Position numbers and translations under genes: made by a program
From: Octopus vulgaris
Lineage: Eukaryota
NCBI GenBank assembly: GCA_951406725.2
Contig: OX597833.1
Coordinates: 11,594,001-11,658,000 of the forward strand
Direction: 5' to 3'
Length of the DNA: 64,000 nt
Part shown: positions 42,177 through 57,129 of the stretch, piece after piece
How the letters are laid out: every line of letters begins with the position of its first letter
How positions within the stretch are numbered: the stretch's first letter is position 1
Notes under the pieces: model-generated
What the model was told of the DNA's origin: nothing
What the model saw: the letters and a program-made list of their open reading frames with translations, nothing else
Databases searched by the model: none

Positions 42177-42474
42177 GGAGGCGCAATGTCCCAGTGGTTA
42201 GGGCAGCGAACTCGCGGTCATAGGATCGTGGTTTCGATTCCCAGACCGGGCGTTGTGAGTGTTTATCGAGCGAAAACACCTAAAGCTCCACGAAGCTCCG
42301 GCAGGGGGTGGCGATCCCTGCTGTACTCGTTCGCCACAACTTTCTCTCACTCTTTCTTCTATTGGCCTGCTCGCTTAGCCAGCGGGGTGGCGTCATTTGA
42401 AGGCTAAAACAATGCGAAGCGCATTGTGACCAGCGATGTGTAGCAACATCTGATAGCCTGGTCGGTCACGTAAT

Positions 42475-42480
<6 letters not shown>
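42177..42480 (+). mobile_element. Second tRNA-derived SINE family (related heads at 56257-56490 and, degenerate, ~3950-4045)
   Basis: GGAGGCGCAATGTCCCAGTGGTTAG...GGTTTCGATTCCC tRNA-like head followed by a non-tRNA body. Confidence 0.7.
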
Positions 42481-42525
<45 letters not shown>

Positions 42526-42841
42526 TTGCAAGATTTTTGATGTGAAATCGTGTGTTGAAACAGATATTGTTGTATTTAGGAATGGCTAAACTGGCAAATT
42601 GACCATTCCTAAATACAACAATATATATATATATATATATACATATTTTTACACATAAATGCCGGAATACTTCAATACTGAATTTTTGTTCCGTAGAGGC
42701 ACGTTGTTACCGAAATGCAATTCGAAAAGCCCGCCATTTACATAGATGTGTAGGGGGTGAACAGTCATATATGCTGCGGTGGATACGACGGTTTTCCGTC
42801 TGGCATGTAGATTTTGTTCATTCAGTATATATCTTGAATTC

Positions 42842-42905
42842 GTTGTACTGACGAGCAAGGAATGCAGATAATGCATTGATTGCGAAATCACAGGTGATCT
42901 GCAAC
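42842..42905 (+). ncRNA. Type I hammerhead ribozyme motif, intact core
   Basis: gttgta-CTGACGA-gcaa(...)ttgc-GAAA-tcac ag gtga-TC-tgcaac: helix I 6 bp, helix II, helix III, AUC cleavage triplet. Confidence 0.8.
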
Positions 42906-43171
42906 TAAATTCTGTTTTTAAATGACTCGCTTCGAAAATTGCATTCTGTACGATTTGTTTATTTTGGTAGTTTTGACTTTACAAGTCCCTCCTAGCGTGC
43001 GGCATTTATGTGTAATAATGACCTCAATATAATATAAATAATTATTTTCAAGTGAAAAAAATTTACAGATTTTTTCTCTTATGAGATTTTTCACGCTAAC
43101 AACATGATAATTTCTGATGAAGATTTTATCCAATTTTTAAATTAAAATTTATATATATATATATACATATA

Positions 43172-43559
43172 GGCGCAGGAGTGGCTGTGTGGTAAGTAGC
43201 TTGCTAACCAACCACATGGTTCTGGTTTCAGTCCCACTGCGTGGCATCTTGGGCAAGTGTCTTCTGCTATAGCCCAGGGCCGACCAATGCCTTGTGAGTG
43301 GATTTGGTAGACGGAAACTGAAAGAAGCCTGTCATATATATGTATGTATATATATGTGTGTATGTGTATGTATGTGTTTGTGTGTCTGTGTTTGTCCCCC
43401 TAGCATTGCTTGACAACCGATGCTGGTGTGTTTACGTCCCCGTAACTTAGCGGTTCGGCAAAAGAGACCGATAGAATAAGTACTGGGCATACGATTTGCT
43501 CGACTAAAGGCGGTGCTCCAGCATGGCCGCAGTCGAATGACTGAAACAAGTAAAAGAGT
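43172..43559 (+). mobile_element. tRNA-derived SINE, full length (same family at 39876-40290; fragments ~12535-12600, ~30965-31030, ~41285-41415, ~55530-55710, ~55970-56150)
   Basis: A-box-like TGGCTGTGTGG and B-box-like GGTTTCAGTCC head, shared body gagtggatttggtagacggaaactg, tail ctgaaacaagtaaaagagta. Confidence 0.8.
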
Positions 43560-43711
43560 AATATATAGTATAATATAAAGAAAATAGAGCGTTTGAATAC
43601 ACTAAAATCAACTTATTTACGTAAGAATAATCCTGAGAGAATAATTCTGTAATTGACTGTTATGTAAATAAGTTGATTTTACTGTATTCAAACTTGCCGT
43701 CTTATATTTTA

Positions 43712-44720
43712 CTAGCAGAAGTACCCGGAGTTGCTCAGGAGGATTGTTTTGATACTTAATAAACCTCCTATGTCATAAATAACGTTAACAGCAAATTGTA
43801 ACATAATTGATCGCTTATTGTATCAAAATTGTAACAAAATTGGTTGCCTGGTACCGCTAAAGATAAGCGGTAGCAATTTGATACGAGGTCCTAGAAGAGC
43901 TTTAATGTGTTCTCAGATGGTGTAAAAATCACGGATGTAGTAGCCATGAAAAGGGATTTTTTTGTCGTTCTCAAAACGGTAACAATTTGATAAGAAGCCC
44001 TGAAGAGCGTGAAGTGCCTACAATACCTCTCTGTAGACCACGTTTTTCGTTTGGTCATTAGGGGCAAGTACGAATATATTTTGTTTATTTCCAATTCTGG
44101 AGCATCCGACATATAACTCGCCATGAGAGAAACATGGCCCGCCAAAATGGAGGCCTGCCGTAGTTAAGGTTTGGCCTTGGGACTTATTGATTGAAATGGA
44201 GAAGTAAAGTCGAAGAGGGAACAAGTCGACGCAGAGGGCAGGGAAGTTCCTTATCTAATGGAGTAAGAAGTATTCTAGATATGAATACATCGTCTTCCAT
44301 GCCGCAGCGTCTGACGCAGCATCTGACCCCTTTTTCACGTACTTGCAGACCTACTTTATCGACTTGACGGAGTTACAATATTTAACGCTGATGTGGGCAT
44401 TGAATACTTTAACTAGAAGGGGGTAGTATGGGACAATCCACCTGTTGTCGACGTCATGTTTACCAATTTTTGCAATAAGTCTTCTATCTGCTGGCCTTCC
44501 AGCGACGGAGAAAATTTCTTGGATACCTCTTGCTGCACCTGTTTTCTTTAAGGCATGGCGACGTCATACTAAACCCACTTCCACATAATCCGTTCACAAT
44601 GTGCGCTCTCACTATATCGTAGAGGTCTCTGTCCAAATTTGGGTCAGGGAGCTCTGCAGAAATAATACTCTCGTTGAGAGCTAAATGAGTATGTGGGCGT
44701 GTGGTAGGTTTCTCTTTTGC
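43712..44720 (-). mobile_element. Internally deleted Helitron remnant
   Basis: Minus-strand 3' hairpin plus CTAG at 43715-43712; helicase end [20 protein letters not shown]; Rep pieces ISAELPDP and VCKYVKKG. Confidence 0.85.
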
Positions 44721-44724
44721 CACT

Positions 44725-45355
44725 CAACCTAACGTCTCCAAACACCTTCCTTTTTTGAATGAGTTCCGTTAGTGATTTCCGGACACATTGCAATATCTTT
44801 GGAAATGTCTACAGGAACGATATCGATTCAACCGAACTTTTCGAAGAAATCCTCGATTGCAGAATGCTACTTTCAGGTCGCGAACACCTCCAAATATCAA
44901 ATCCTGAGGAGCTTCTCCAATTTATCGTCCAATATGGAGATGAAAGTGTGTTCCCTAACATTCGTGTTGCGATACAGATTCTGCTGACAGTAGCTGTTTC
45001 CATTGCTGGCTGCGAGATTCTTCGGCACGCTAAACCTGATCATATCCTTCCTGAGAGCTTCTATGACACAAGGAAGACTCCGCGACCTCGCATTGCTGAG
45101 CATCGAGCGAAAACAAGTGCAGAGCACCAATTTTGATTGTATCATTGGCAACTTTGCGTCGATGAAAGCTAGAAGGGCACTCCTTCAAAATAGTCAATGT
45201 CTACTAGCTCCATAAATAAATTTTACGAATACTTTCTGGGTAGACAACTGTTTCGTTTTCTCTTAAAAATGGGTCGGATAGGTTAGGTTTGGAAACTGAG
45301 TGGGGCACAAATCTCGGCTTTGCCCTGGGCGCCATTTACCCTAGCCACACCACTG
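44725..45355 (+). mobile_element. hAT transposon 3' remnant
   Basis: hAT dimerisation-domain text FPNIRVAIQILLTVAVSIAGCE / LRASMTQGRLRDLALLSIE; ends in ...CCCTAGCCACACCACTG, a TIR-like end. Confidence 0.8.
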
Positions 45356-48300
45356 GTTGTGGTATATATACATGTTGGGAGGACCAATACTTATTTCTCC
45401 TGCTTTTTGAAAGACAGTTCATGTAAATTCCATAAACCTTACAGTGAAAATTTTGTGATATTTCTAAAGGAGATGATGAATATCTTAAATAGATGAGAGG
45501 TAGGAATGGAGTGGAAGACTTTGCTGATTATTAATGGCAAATAGAATGGTATGTTTTTGAAGCGATCATGTATTTTCTGTGCTATGTAATGCGATGGTTC
45601 ATGGTCCTTGTCAGAATCCGAATTGTAATTTGAAAACTCAGATGTCTGAGAAAGTAGCATCAAGTATTAGATTTTCTAAGGCTGTCAAAAAGAAGCTGAT
45701 ATAATTCTATGCTGGTACTATATTTGGGGATTTTGCTGAATCATGAGACAGAAGACGAAATACTGTTAAACGAAATATTTTATTTTAGTTTTGAATACTT
45801 ACTGAAAACTAGTACATTTTATTTTAACAATAGGCGTATATTAAGGAAAATATTAGGTAACGCAATTAAAATTTTATATTATTTATTGTAATTCACACAT
45901 ATAGTAGTACATTTAATTTCTATTCAATATTTACTGCAAACAATGCAGGTTAATTCTTGACCATAGACATACGGTGGACATGGCAATGAACCACAAACAG
46001 CCTCAACGAAATATAACAAAACTCCATTTTCGTTTCTGTAACCTGCTGGATCAGTTTCTGGTGCATGATCCACACACACATATACTTGTCTGCCATTATA
46101 TCCATGATAAATGGTCATCAAATATCCCGAATACTCAGCTGTCCAACCAGGGTAACACTTTGTCCTGGCTGGTAACATCATAACAACAGCAGGTTGTCGT
46201 GTCAAACAGACAGCGCACGGAACGTTGTGATCATGAAGTGATTTAGCGTTAGCAAAAGAAAAGAGTTTATTAGTTGGGTATAATTCCAGTTGATATTCAC
46301 TGCCATAAATTGTAACCCCAGTTTCAAATTTTGTAGTATAATTGGCTCAAATAGGGTCGTAGGGTAGATATAAGAGATTACTTCCTCCACCTGTTTGGTC
46401 ACACCATTGTCCACCAACCACACGTAGAATAGATAAGTATAAAAAAGATATTAAGCAAAGTTAAATATGTAATAACGGAAACATTGGTAACAAGTTATCT
46501 TATCTTCACGTGTGAACGAATTGTGGTGTATGTGTTAGTGTTTATGTGAGTGTAAGCTGTGTGTTGCTGGATGGGAGTGCGCATGCGTTCGCAGCTGTGC
46601 CTTTCTCTTCTCTTCATGTGTGTGTGTTGTGTGTATACGGGTAGGTATTTGTGGTTGGGATGTGTATTGCATGGGGTAGACGTTTGTGTGTGATGTTAGT
46701 AGATGGAGAAAGGAAATCGGTTTTGTAGTGCATGTCGCCGTGTTTTCTCGAAATGGAAAAGACGTTCACGTTTGAACGGGGATACTTTTGGTAGTGGAAA
46801 CTGCACGTGGTTTGAGTAGAACAATACTAGAGAGGGCAAGATGCAGAGAACTGGTGTATGACCGGTGATGAAATGTTGTTTTGTCGACCAAATGGGCGTG
46901 GGTGGCTAAACCTATCGGTTGGCCTCGGACCAGTCAGGTGTACATACACTTTAGGATCACACAGACTTCATTTCATGCAATGCATGAACGAGATGGGGAT
47001 GGAGAATCGTGAAGTTCAGGGATGGCGTATTGCTTAAGATGAATGGAGTGCGGGGTCGGCGACCGATAAAAGATATGTGTAGGGTTTATAGGGAGCAGAT
47101 TCTCGGTATTTCTAATGGATGTGAGGTTGATTGGAGAAAAGGTGGTAAGCAGCTGCTTTGAACTGGAAATATCGGAATTACCTTACAGAAATATACTGGA
47201 CAATTAATGAGGTGATGTGGTGCATGAAAAGAGCAAGGTTTTAGCGATAGGACGATTTCGGCGAGGCGGAGAAGAATAGAAGTGCAATATGCACTCAGTT
47301 GTGTTTTCTCTGTAATATACTAGTCTCTCTGTTTTACGTATTAAATACAGCCCTTAGCTTTGTCCATTAGTTACAGTGTGTGATTTGTCCAGTCCACATT
47401 GTACATTCTGCGTTCATTTCATTAACCATTTACAGTCATTATCATCAATTCTAATTAGACCTTGTTCAATTTAGTCTATAACAAAAATCAATAGGCACTT
47501 TAGTTAATGTTAGTCAAGCTGCCATTCTTCACCTGTGGTCACACTCGTACAAAACCACCATCCGTAGCCAGTAAAATTTATAACCAATTAGCAGGCTTAG
47601 TATTTGTTATCTACACTCCATACAAGTCAGCCAGGAGTTCTTGATCGCTATACTGGACTTCAGTCTAGCCTCTGTAATTTAACGTACAGATATCTATATT
47701 CTGTGGTTAGACAACATCCTTTTCATCTGGTCAACACTAGACAACATTTTAAATTCTGATTTGACCAAATACATATGAAGGAGTAAGCAGACTTGTGTAG
47801 ACTCTATATATCGTTTCAAATCTGATATATCAGATGATTTGCTTGAGTGTGTGTCCGTGTGCGTGAGAGAGGGGGGAGAGAGAGAAGAACGATACAAAGA
47901 GAAAATGAGAGGAATAAAAAGAGAAGAGAAAGATAAAATGAGAAGGAAAGGAAAGAAATACAGAGTATACTAACCGTTATATACAAGTTTTGAATAAGGA
48001 GGACAACTTGTTCTGCCCCACCGGGTATACAATGATCCGGGACCGGGTTCTGTGAAATTAAAATGAAATAATGTAGTTTAAAAGAAAGAATTCTTGAATC
48101 CTATACAAAGGAAGTTGTTGGCTTGGAAGGAATTGATAGAGAGGAGAGAAATTTAGAATTTAAGAGAAAAAGAACGAGTGAATGAATGAAAATCAGAATG
48201 AAAGAAGTAAATGATTCGCTAAGAATAAATTTTAAACGAAGAAAATTAGTCATTTGTCTATTGAGCCTGTTGTTGACGTTGATGTCAACGAATTGAGAGA

Positions 48301-48429
48301 TTAATCTCAGAATATCAGAATGTTTATTTGTCTCCTTAAGAACAGATGTTTGTTTTGTAGTTGAACTTGGATGTGAGTATATATATATATTTGTTACCAT
48401 AATAATGATAAAGTTCTTCTTTTATAGAT

Positions 48430-50200
48430 ATGTAGGCCATATTACCAATTCTTGGCACCTGATTGGTCAATTACAAATATCAGCTTGGTGTTTGACACGA
48501 ATAAGGCCATCATAGCTACAATATGCAAAGGGCTCGAAGGAATAGCCATACCGCGTCATCCATCGAAAGGGATAACAGTATTTGCGTCCGGATCTTGAGT
48601 AGAGGAGTTCGTTCGAGAAATATATTGCCGTCTCCACCCAACTCAATCTGGGAAGCATGGGGAGGGAATACAAAATATGCGTGTTCCAGGACCCCGAAGC
48701 AGGTCCAGAAGGGATCAACCGTTCATAATTGAGAATTAGACTGTCAAAACCGGACGAGACAAAACGCTGCCTGTTATATATAATCGGTGTCTCTTCAAGA
48801 AAGCTTCATTGCTTCGGAGGCGCACACTTGGAATTAGGTTGGAAACTCCACCGTGCAGTTGTGCCACCAATTATGTCAGCACAGGCGGAAGTGGGATGCT
48901 CACAATCCCTGGCTTTCGAATTGGATTATGGAGTGTATCCCACTAGGTATTAAGGGATATCTCCTGAAGCTTAGGCAGAATGAAGGAAGTAAGTGTACCC
49001 AATAGTGATGTCAAATACAAATCCTTCTTTAACAAAGTCAATGCAGCTTTGGATATATTTGGGGTAAAGTCATTTGTCCTACAAGGAGACTTCGGTGCAC
49101 ACCTCGGCACTGGTAATCGTAAGAAGGATTGATTGGGTGGAATGACGTCAAAGACCTTAATGAGGCGTCCATACTAGCCTTCTTTGCAGGAAAGGACTCT
49201 CTATGATATAGATATCGTTTTAAGAGAGGGATATTTATAAGGGTACTTGGAATAGAAATGCTTCGTGACAGAGGTTTTTTTTAGATGTTGTTGATGGGTG
49301 ATGGGATAAGAAAAAGAACTGGTTTTCGACCGGTTCTTTTTCAACTGAATACTTATTTGAACAAAATCACTTAAAAGTAATAAAGCTCCTGGAGACAAGT
49401 ACGTTCGGCTTGACATTGTGAAAAAAATTATATACATTCTCTGAGTGACCCGTGTATGCTAGGTGGATGGGACCTCTAGAAAAACACCAAGGCAATGGCA
49501 ATCCGGGGTGATAATCACGCTTTAATTATAGAAAGTTCTACACTGCATGTCTGGGAACGATATGTAGGGAAGTTGTCGCGCCCAAGATTACTGTCCTGGA
49601 CGCAGTACGCCCTACCAGAAAATCGTTCGAAGGCAGATCTTCGAGAAAACGTTGAAATATTTCCAAGGGGGATACGCTGTAAACCACGAAAAGGCATAAC
49701 ACTACATGCCGTGTGGTATGTTGCGGATGGTTTACCAGGAAGGTGAGATTAATGGGCAAATACTGGTTGCCATAAAGTACTTCAACGGATGTCCAAATGT
49801 TTGAATTTGCGTAAACGTCGAACCATTTCAAGGTGGCAGTTGGACTTCAGTAGAATTGCACATCCTTAGTGCCCCTTACCATAAATTTTATTATCTGGAT
49901 GGACATGTCACAGCCATTGTGGGAGCAGTATCTCATTTCGTCTGTATGGGGTCGGTCGACTGCTCTTTGCAGACGACGTGCTGCTATCTGACTCATATCA
50001 TGTTCACTTTCGACATGCATTGAATGGGTTGGCTGCCGAGTGCTCCAAGGCAGGGATGACTAACACACACTCTGCAGGAAAGTGGAACATCGTTACTTCG
50101 GGAATCTATTCACGAGTGATTGGAAGCACAAGACTGAACAGATTGCTAACTTCTAGATATAAACGCATTGATGCGCTAGGTCGGGCATTCGATTCTCAGA
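48430..50200 (+). mobile_element. Decayed RTE-like LINE fragments
   Basis: LQGDFGAHLG (APE GDFNAH-like) near 49080 and LLFADDVLL..RHALNGLAAECSKAGM (RT) near 49960-50060; boundaries approximate. Confidence 0.6.
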
Positions 50201-51512
50201 CGAACAATAGTTGGTACACTTATCGACGTAGCACTGCATACACACACACACACTCATATACACACGATTTCATAGTATAAAACAGTAACATTTTACTAAG
50301 GAAATTATTATAAAGTAGAATATATTTTTAAATAAATTTAGGCGTCTCAGTATATATTATAGGGGAAATATGTATTAGTGATGTAGAACCAATTCAATGT
50401 TGGTGAAATTAGAAATCACTAGTTAAGGAAACAAGGGTAAATTAATTTAGCTAAACAGTGTAGAAATGAAAGCTGAATTCTTTATAATATTTAATCTCAT
50501 TCCTGAACATTTCTTCAATGTTTTTGTCTTATACAATAAAAAAATTAGTTCTTACTTGGTGCAGGTTTATCGTCGAGAGATTTCCTGGAGATGAAACGGT
50601 TCTGTGAAAGAATAGGAACAGCATCACATAAATAGAACTTGGGAGTATTTATTAACGTTTAGAACTTAAAACGATGCAATAGATGACATATTGGGACAGC
50701 TTCTTACGAAGATGTGAGAGGGACATCGACATTGATGATGTTTCCAATCTATAATATCGTGTTACATCTTGCCGGTTTGCTTGAATTGGTCACCCTTCTG
50801 TGCATCTGGTACTTTTTAAAATTTTATTTCATGCTTGCATATGGCAAATCATACACATTAAAGAGAAAGAGAATAATCCTGTTTTTTGTCGAGGACAGAC
50901 TAATTTCGTTGTGTAAATTCCTGTTAATTTGAAGTTTGCTAGAGACGTAGAGCTGCGTAATATTCTGCTGACGTAAACACAAAACTCCCGACGCCAAGCT
51001 TTCATGTACGGCGTCCTAATCCTTTTCTGCTGCGTGCTTAAACGAAACTCTGAAGGGAATATGATGCAATATTTAAAAGTTGTTTGAATCCATGCAAAAA
51101 GCTCCGTTGCCTTGAGTCTGTTTAGCGTAGTTATCCATCATGATCAGTGAAGAGTCGGACATTTCTAACATTAAGAGTGTTACAGTTTGTAGCCAGACGA
51201 TGTGGTCATGCTGGAGCACCTCCTTCAGTGATACTGGTGAATAATATTCCGGATTTAAGCTGGAATACCAATATATCATTTGGCGTTCAATCGAATATCA
51301 CAAAAATTAGTAAGAAAAATGTTAGGGAACATACATAGAAGGTTATTAATTGATTGCATACGAAAGGGATGAGGATTAGATTTCCTGTATACTGGTGCTA
51401 TATTAACTCGTTATACACTCCTCAAATATAGACAAATGTATATATGTGGATATATATAAGTATGTATGTATGAATATATATATATATATATATATGCATG
51501 TATATATATGTG

Positions 51513-51564
<52 letters not shown>

Positions 51565-52067
51565 CAAAATGGGACAAGAACGCAAAACATCCGGTCAACT
51601 AAGCGATACAAAAAGGGACAACAAAACATCCAGATAGACGATACAAAAAACACGGACGGGTCATTCGAAGCCTTTAATCATGAGTCAAGGACCGAATCAT
51701 CCTCGCAATTACGGCTGATTAATCTTGAGATTGCTCCAATCTGGCCAGCCCCAAGGAAAATCTAAGCTAAGAGCATTTGATTCCTGGTTAAAAAAAGGCA
51801 TCGAATGTATACGAAACAAAGACGGTAAAACGGACGATGTTACACGAATATAAATACAAAAAAACAATAAAAATAATAATAATAACAGGACATAGCAACA
51901 GGCGTCTTTCGACTGGAGACGAATTGAATTCAGCTGGCGTGTTGGGAGTTAAGCCTTATGACAGAGGAAAGGATATCGATGTGGCAGTGACTGTGGTCAA
52001 ACGCAATGGGTTAGCAGTCGGTCACGTGAGAAGAGAAGAGAGAGAGAAGGAGGAACAAAGGAATTAA

Positions 52068-52106
<39 letters not shown>

Positions 52107-52644
52107 CAGATACACACACGCACATATAAATATATTCATACATTTCTATAGACATATACATATACATCTGTATATATATATATGTGCGTATGTGTGTTTG
52201 CGCGCGTGTGTATGTGTGTATGTGTGTGTTTGAGAGTATTCTTAAGGAATATAATAAACCTGACTCGTTAAAAAGTGGTAAATAAGTTGTTTTTTTCCGA
52301 AATTTGTCTATTTCACATGTTAACTACTGGAAAATTGGATCTCCCTGTCTGTTGCTTAGGCTGTATCCGGTCTGTAAGATTTGTTTCATCCTCTAGTTCG
52401 GAGGAGAAAACCCGTCTTCATTCACATTTTTTAACGTTAAGACTTTTAGCTCGAGTTTTGAGCCTTTCCTCACGTCCGCCACGTAGAAAGATTAAAATTT
52501 CTTTTGTCTTTGTGTATAATCTGTCGAACTGTCTAAAGGGCTTTGGCTTCGTAGATGCGAAATCTTAGTCAACTCTACGCCCAAAATATATTTTTTTTTT
52601 TGTAATATAGACATATATGTATACGTATATAATAATATTTTACT

Positions 52645-52880
52645 AAAAAGCAGTAAAAATGTCACCTAAACTGTTACTCAAAGTTTTCCGTTCCCGTTCG
52701 TCGGAAGATTTGTTTAGAATTGACTCTAATTGATTCTAAACAAAACTGTCCGTCGAACGGAAACGTGAAACTCTGAGTAACAATTTTTTTGGTGATATTT
52801 TTGCTGCTTTTTAATGAAGCATATATCTCTACCTCTGGTATTCGAGTACTATTCTTTCCACCTTGTTTCGCATTTCTGTA
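52645..52880. repeat. Diverged palindromic relative of the 18897-19112 element
   Basis: aaaagcag..ctgttactc...ctgtCCGTCGAacggaaacgtGAAActctgagTAac..gctgctttt plus the shared gagtact..ttccaccttgtttc extension. Confidence 0.7.
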
Positions 52881-52919
52881 CTTACTCTGGTGTACACACA
52901 CACACACACACACAAAAAC

Positions 52920-52983
<64 letters not shown>

Positions 52984-53303
52984 TAGGTATCTATACATAA
53001 TTATATTTATATTCACAAGATATATAAACTACAAATATCACAAATATATGTATATGTATTATCTACATATATGCATTCCTCTGTGTGTGCGTGTGTGTGT
53101 ACGTCTATATATGATACAGAACGTAACAGGTTGCAGCGAGAGAGTGTGGCCATGCTGGAGCAGAAATTTTAGTGCTATTCTTTCATTACGCATTTATGTC
53201 CCGCCCCTGGAATATCCCTGTTGAAACTGCGATCAGACAGCAGTGCAATTCCTCTTTTCTTTGTGTTCCCTAGGGATACACTCTGAAGTTATCTATCTAT
53301 CTG

Positions 53304-53369
<66 letters not shown>

Positions 53370-53392
53370 AATTTATCTGTCTCTCTCTCTCC

Positions 53393-53477
<85 letters not shown>

Positions 53478-53680
53478 AAAAGTTAATCCAAACAAGAAAG
53501 CACAAAAAATCACAACAACGCGAGGACGAGGAACAAATATAGTATTATTGGACGCTCAGGAAAGAAGGAAAGAAGGAGAAATTAACGTTTCGAGCGGAGC
53601 TCGTCGTTTGAAACTTAGATAAAGGAAAGATCCAGAGAGGGGAAGACAAAGGGAAAACATCCTCAACGGTACACACGCGG

Positions 53681-53786
<106 letters not shown>

Positions 53787-53883
53787 ACCTATCTACGTAC
53801 CTTTCTATGTGTCTATCTATCGGCACTCAAAATCAACCATCCATCCATTCGTACATACATACATACAAACATACATACATACA

Positions 53884-53972
<89 letters not shown>

Positions 53973-54929
53973 GTTGTGTAAAAATAGGTGTGTGTGTTTG
54001 TGTATGAGTGTAAGTGCGTGTGTGAGTGTGTGTGTGTGTTTAAATATATATATATAAGTGTATGTATATGCATATACATCCCTACCTACATGTGAATGCG
54101 CGTGCATATGCATACACTCGGGCGCACAAACACACAAACAAGCACCCCTCACACACACACACGCTGATATGTTTCCTGCATTTGCACTCGAAATATAGCA
54201 AGGCCTATGCTTACACATTCCCCTAAAAACAAAATTCATTACTTACTGCTTGTGATTTCTCTTCCATTTTTCCAATTCTTGAATCTTGGCGAAGAATCGT
54301 TATGGTGACAACGAGTAGAAACCCAAAAGTTATGAGGGAAGAAATGGAAAAACGCTGCGAAATATTCCGAGGCAGCTGCGCCAAATCCATTATGGTGATA
54401 GTTGTCGTTGGTACGTGATATTGCGCTTTGGTTCAACAATTCATCGAATGTGAGATCCAAACTGAAGGTCTCAACCTATTTATTTGCCGAGCACAGAATC
54501 TCTCGGCTCTGCCGTCAATCGTATCATAAATCTATGAACCAATGAGACTGCTAGAACTGAATATGTGGGTGTGAACTTATTTGACTGGTGTAATTATTGG
54601 ATAGAAATGGCTTGCTGATGTCTCATATTACTTGAGAAAATATTTTGATGACACTGGCATAAACTTGTAAAATGAGACCAAGGTTTCAATTTAAGGACGG
54701 ATTATGATTTATTTCCGAATGGTTTTATTATTTGCTTTTTGTGGAAACCTTTTATTATTTGCTTTTTGTGGAAACCTGTCGACGAAGCAGTTTTAATATT
54801 CAGTGAGGGAACTACTTTGTGTACGATATATAACTTATTGCCGTCCACTGTTATTCGAAGTTTGTTCCTAACATCTTCAGAATAAAATTTCATTCCAGAT
54901 AATAAATTTACTTACTGTTAATATAATTA

Positions 54930-54980
<51 letters not shown>

Positions 54981-56171
54981 GTGTGTGTTTGTCACAAGAA
55001 ATTTTTGATATATTTAACAAAAATTTCTTGTGTGACACACACACACACACACATACACACATACACACACAAACATATGCACACACACGCACAAACAAAC
55101 ACAGACACATACACACAGAAACATATGCACACACATACACGCAAACAAACAAACACACACACACACACACTCGCACAAACACACAAACACACACACGCAC
55201 AAACACACACGCACGCAGAAACACACACAAACACACACACACAGATACACACATACACACACAAATATATGCACACACACAGGCACAAACAAACACACAC
55301 ACACACACACACACACTCGCACAAACACACAAACACACACACACACGCACAAACACACACACACACGCACAAACACACACACACACGCAGAAACACACAC
55401 AAACACACATGCACACAAACATATTTCACACACATACACACACAAACAAACACACACACGTATACACATAGGCCACACACACCTATACATACATATAGAT
55501 ATTCTGTGTGTGTATATATATTCTTCAATTCTTTTCCTTTATTCTTTTACATTTTGAATGCGCCTATGCTGGGGCACCGCATTTAATCGAAGAAATCGGC
55601 AACATAACTCATTCTTTATAAGCCTAGCACTTATTTTATCGTTTTCTTTGTCGAACCGCTACGTTGCTGGGACATAAACACACTAACGTCAGCTATCAAA
55701 TGATAGTTGGGGAAATTTTACATGTACATATTTATGTATATACACAAAAGAAATCCGTCATATATATACAATTTAAAATGGGGGTAAGTAATTGGATATT
55801 AATTTAATTAACATCAATTTAACAGCAGTGGTCTAGCATATTGACATCTGAAGGTTTTGTAATTTGTATAATAGATATATGAGAGGGAAGACCACTATGT
55901 GGACATCTCTTATGCTAGAAGTTGATCCGCTATGGTCTTACCACCAAGAAATTTTCTCAACAAAAATTCTTGTAAGTGGATTTGGTAGACGGAAACAGAA
56001 AGGGGCCCAACGTGTATATATATATATAAAGAGCGACAGAATATGTACTAAGCTTACAAATAATAATTCTTGGGCTCGATCTTTTCGAGCAAAAGCAGTG
56101 CTCCAGCATGTCCGCGGTGAAATGACTGAAACATGTAAAAGAATAAAATAAAAGAATATATTCATGCATGC

Positions 56172-56241
<70 letters not shown>

Positions 56242-56256
56242 GGGGGGTGTTTGTGT

Positions 56257-56490
56257 GGAGGCGCGTGGCTTAGTTGTTTGGGTGTCGGCATCATGATCGT
56301 AAGATTGTTGTTTCGATCCCTGTGCCGGGCGACGCGTTGTGTTCTTGAGCAAAACTTTTCATTTCACGTTGCTCCATTCCACTCATCTGGCAAAAATGAG
56401 TAAGGCTGCGATGTATTGGCGGAACACATACGCCATTGAAACCGGAAAACCGGGCTCATGACCCTGGCTAGGATTTAAAAGGGTGCATTT
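56257..56490 (+). mobile_element. tRNA-derived SINE
   Basis: GGAGGCGCGTGGCTTAGTTG...TGTTTCGATCCC head and gcgttgtgttcttgagcaaaac body. Confidence 0.65.
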
Positions 56491-56532
56491 ACTATTTCAT
56501 TATATATAAATATGTATATATATATATATATA

Positions 56533-56571
<39 letters not shown>

Positions 56572-56965
56572 GAGAGTGAGAGAGAGAGAGAGAGAGCCAC
56601 ATATCATTACCCACACACACACTCACACATTCTTTAATAGCAGTACCACACCTACTCTTATACAAGCACTCACACCTACACTCACCCTCTTGCTCACACC
56701 GACACCCACACAAACACATGATACCTGAAAATAGACAACATATACACACACGCGCAACATACATAAACACGCGCAACCTGCACAGGCGCAGATGACTTTC
56801 GCCCACAATGCATACACAATACACCATACACAGGCACACTATCTGGTTATGGACACATACATACACAGGTACACGCACCGCCTGAAAAAGCACACATCAT
56901 ATGCTACACACAACACGCACACGTTAGCCCCATTCATACGTCCATACCCGTACTCACACACACAT

Positions 56966-57001
<36 letters not shown>

Positions 57002-57129
57002 GCCCACACCTACCTACTCACATGCTGCCATTCACATATACACACTCACACGCACCATTCACACACGCTTGCGCACCTTAGTTCGTTTGGATCATAGTTA
57101 CACTTGCCATTTTCATATACACTCAACAG

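Noticed and set aside
42177-42250. tRNA-like sequences (also 43172, 56257)
   Set aside because: No complete cloverleaf or terminator and they continue into repeat bodies; SINE heads.
42564-43693. Short inverted repeats at 42564-42623 and 43591-43693
   Set aside because: Too short to classify; probably fragments of the same kind of fold-back repeats.
46424-47974. Intron ending in AC as a minor (U12 AT-AC) intron
   Set aside because: The donor is GTTAGT, not ATATCC, and the exon also has a nonsense codon; simple mutation is more likely.
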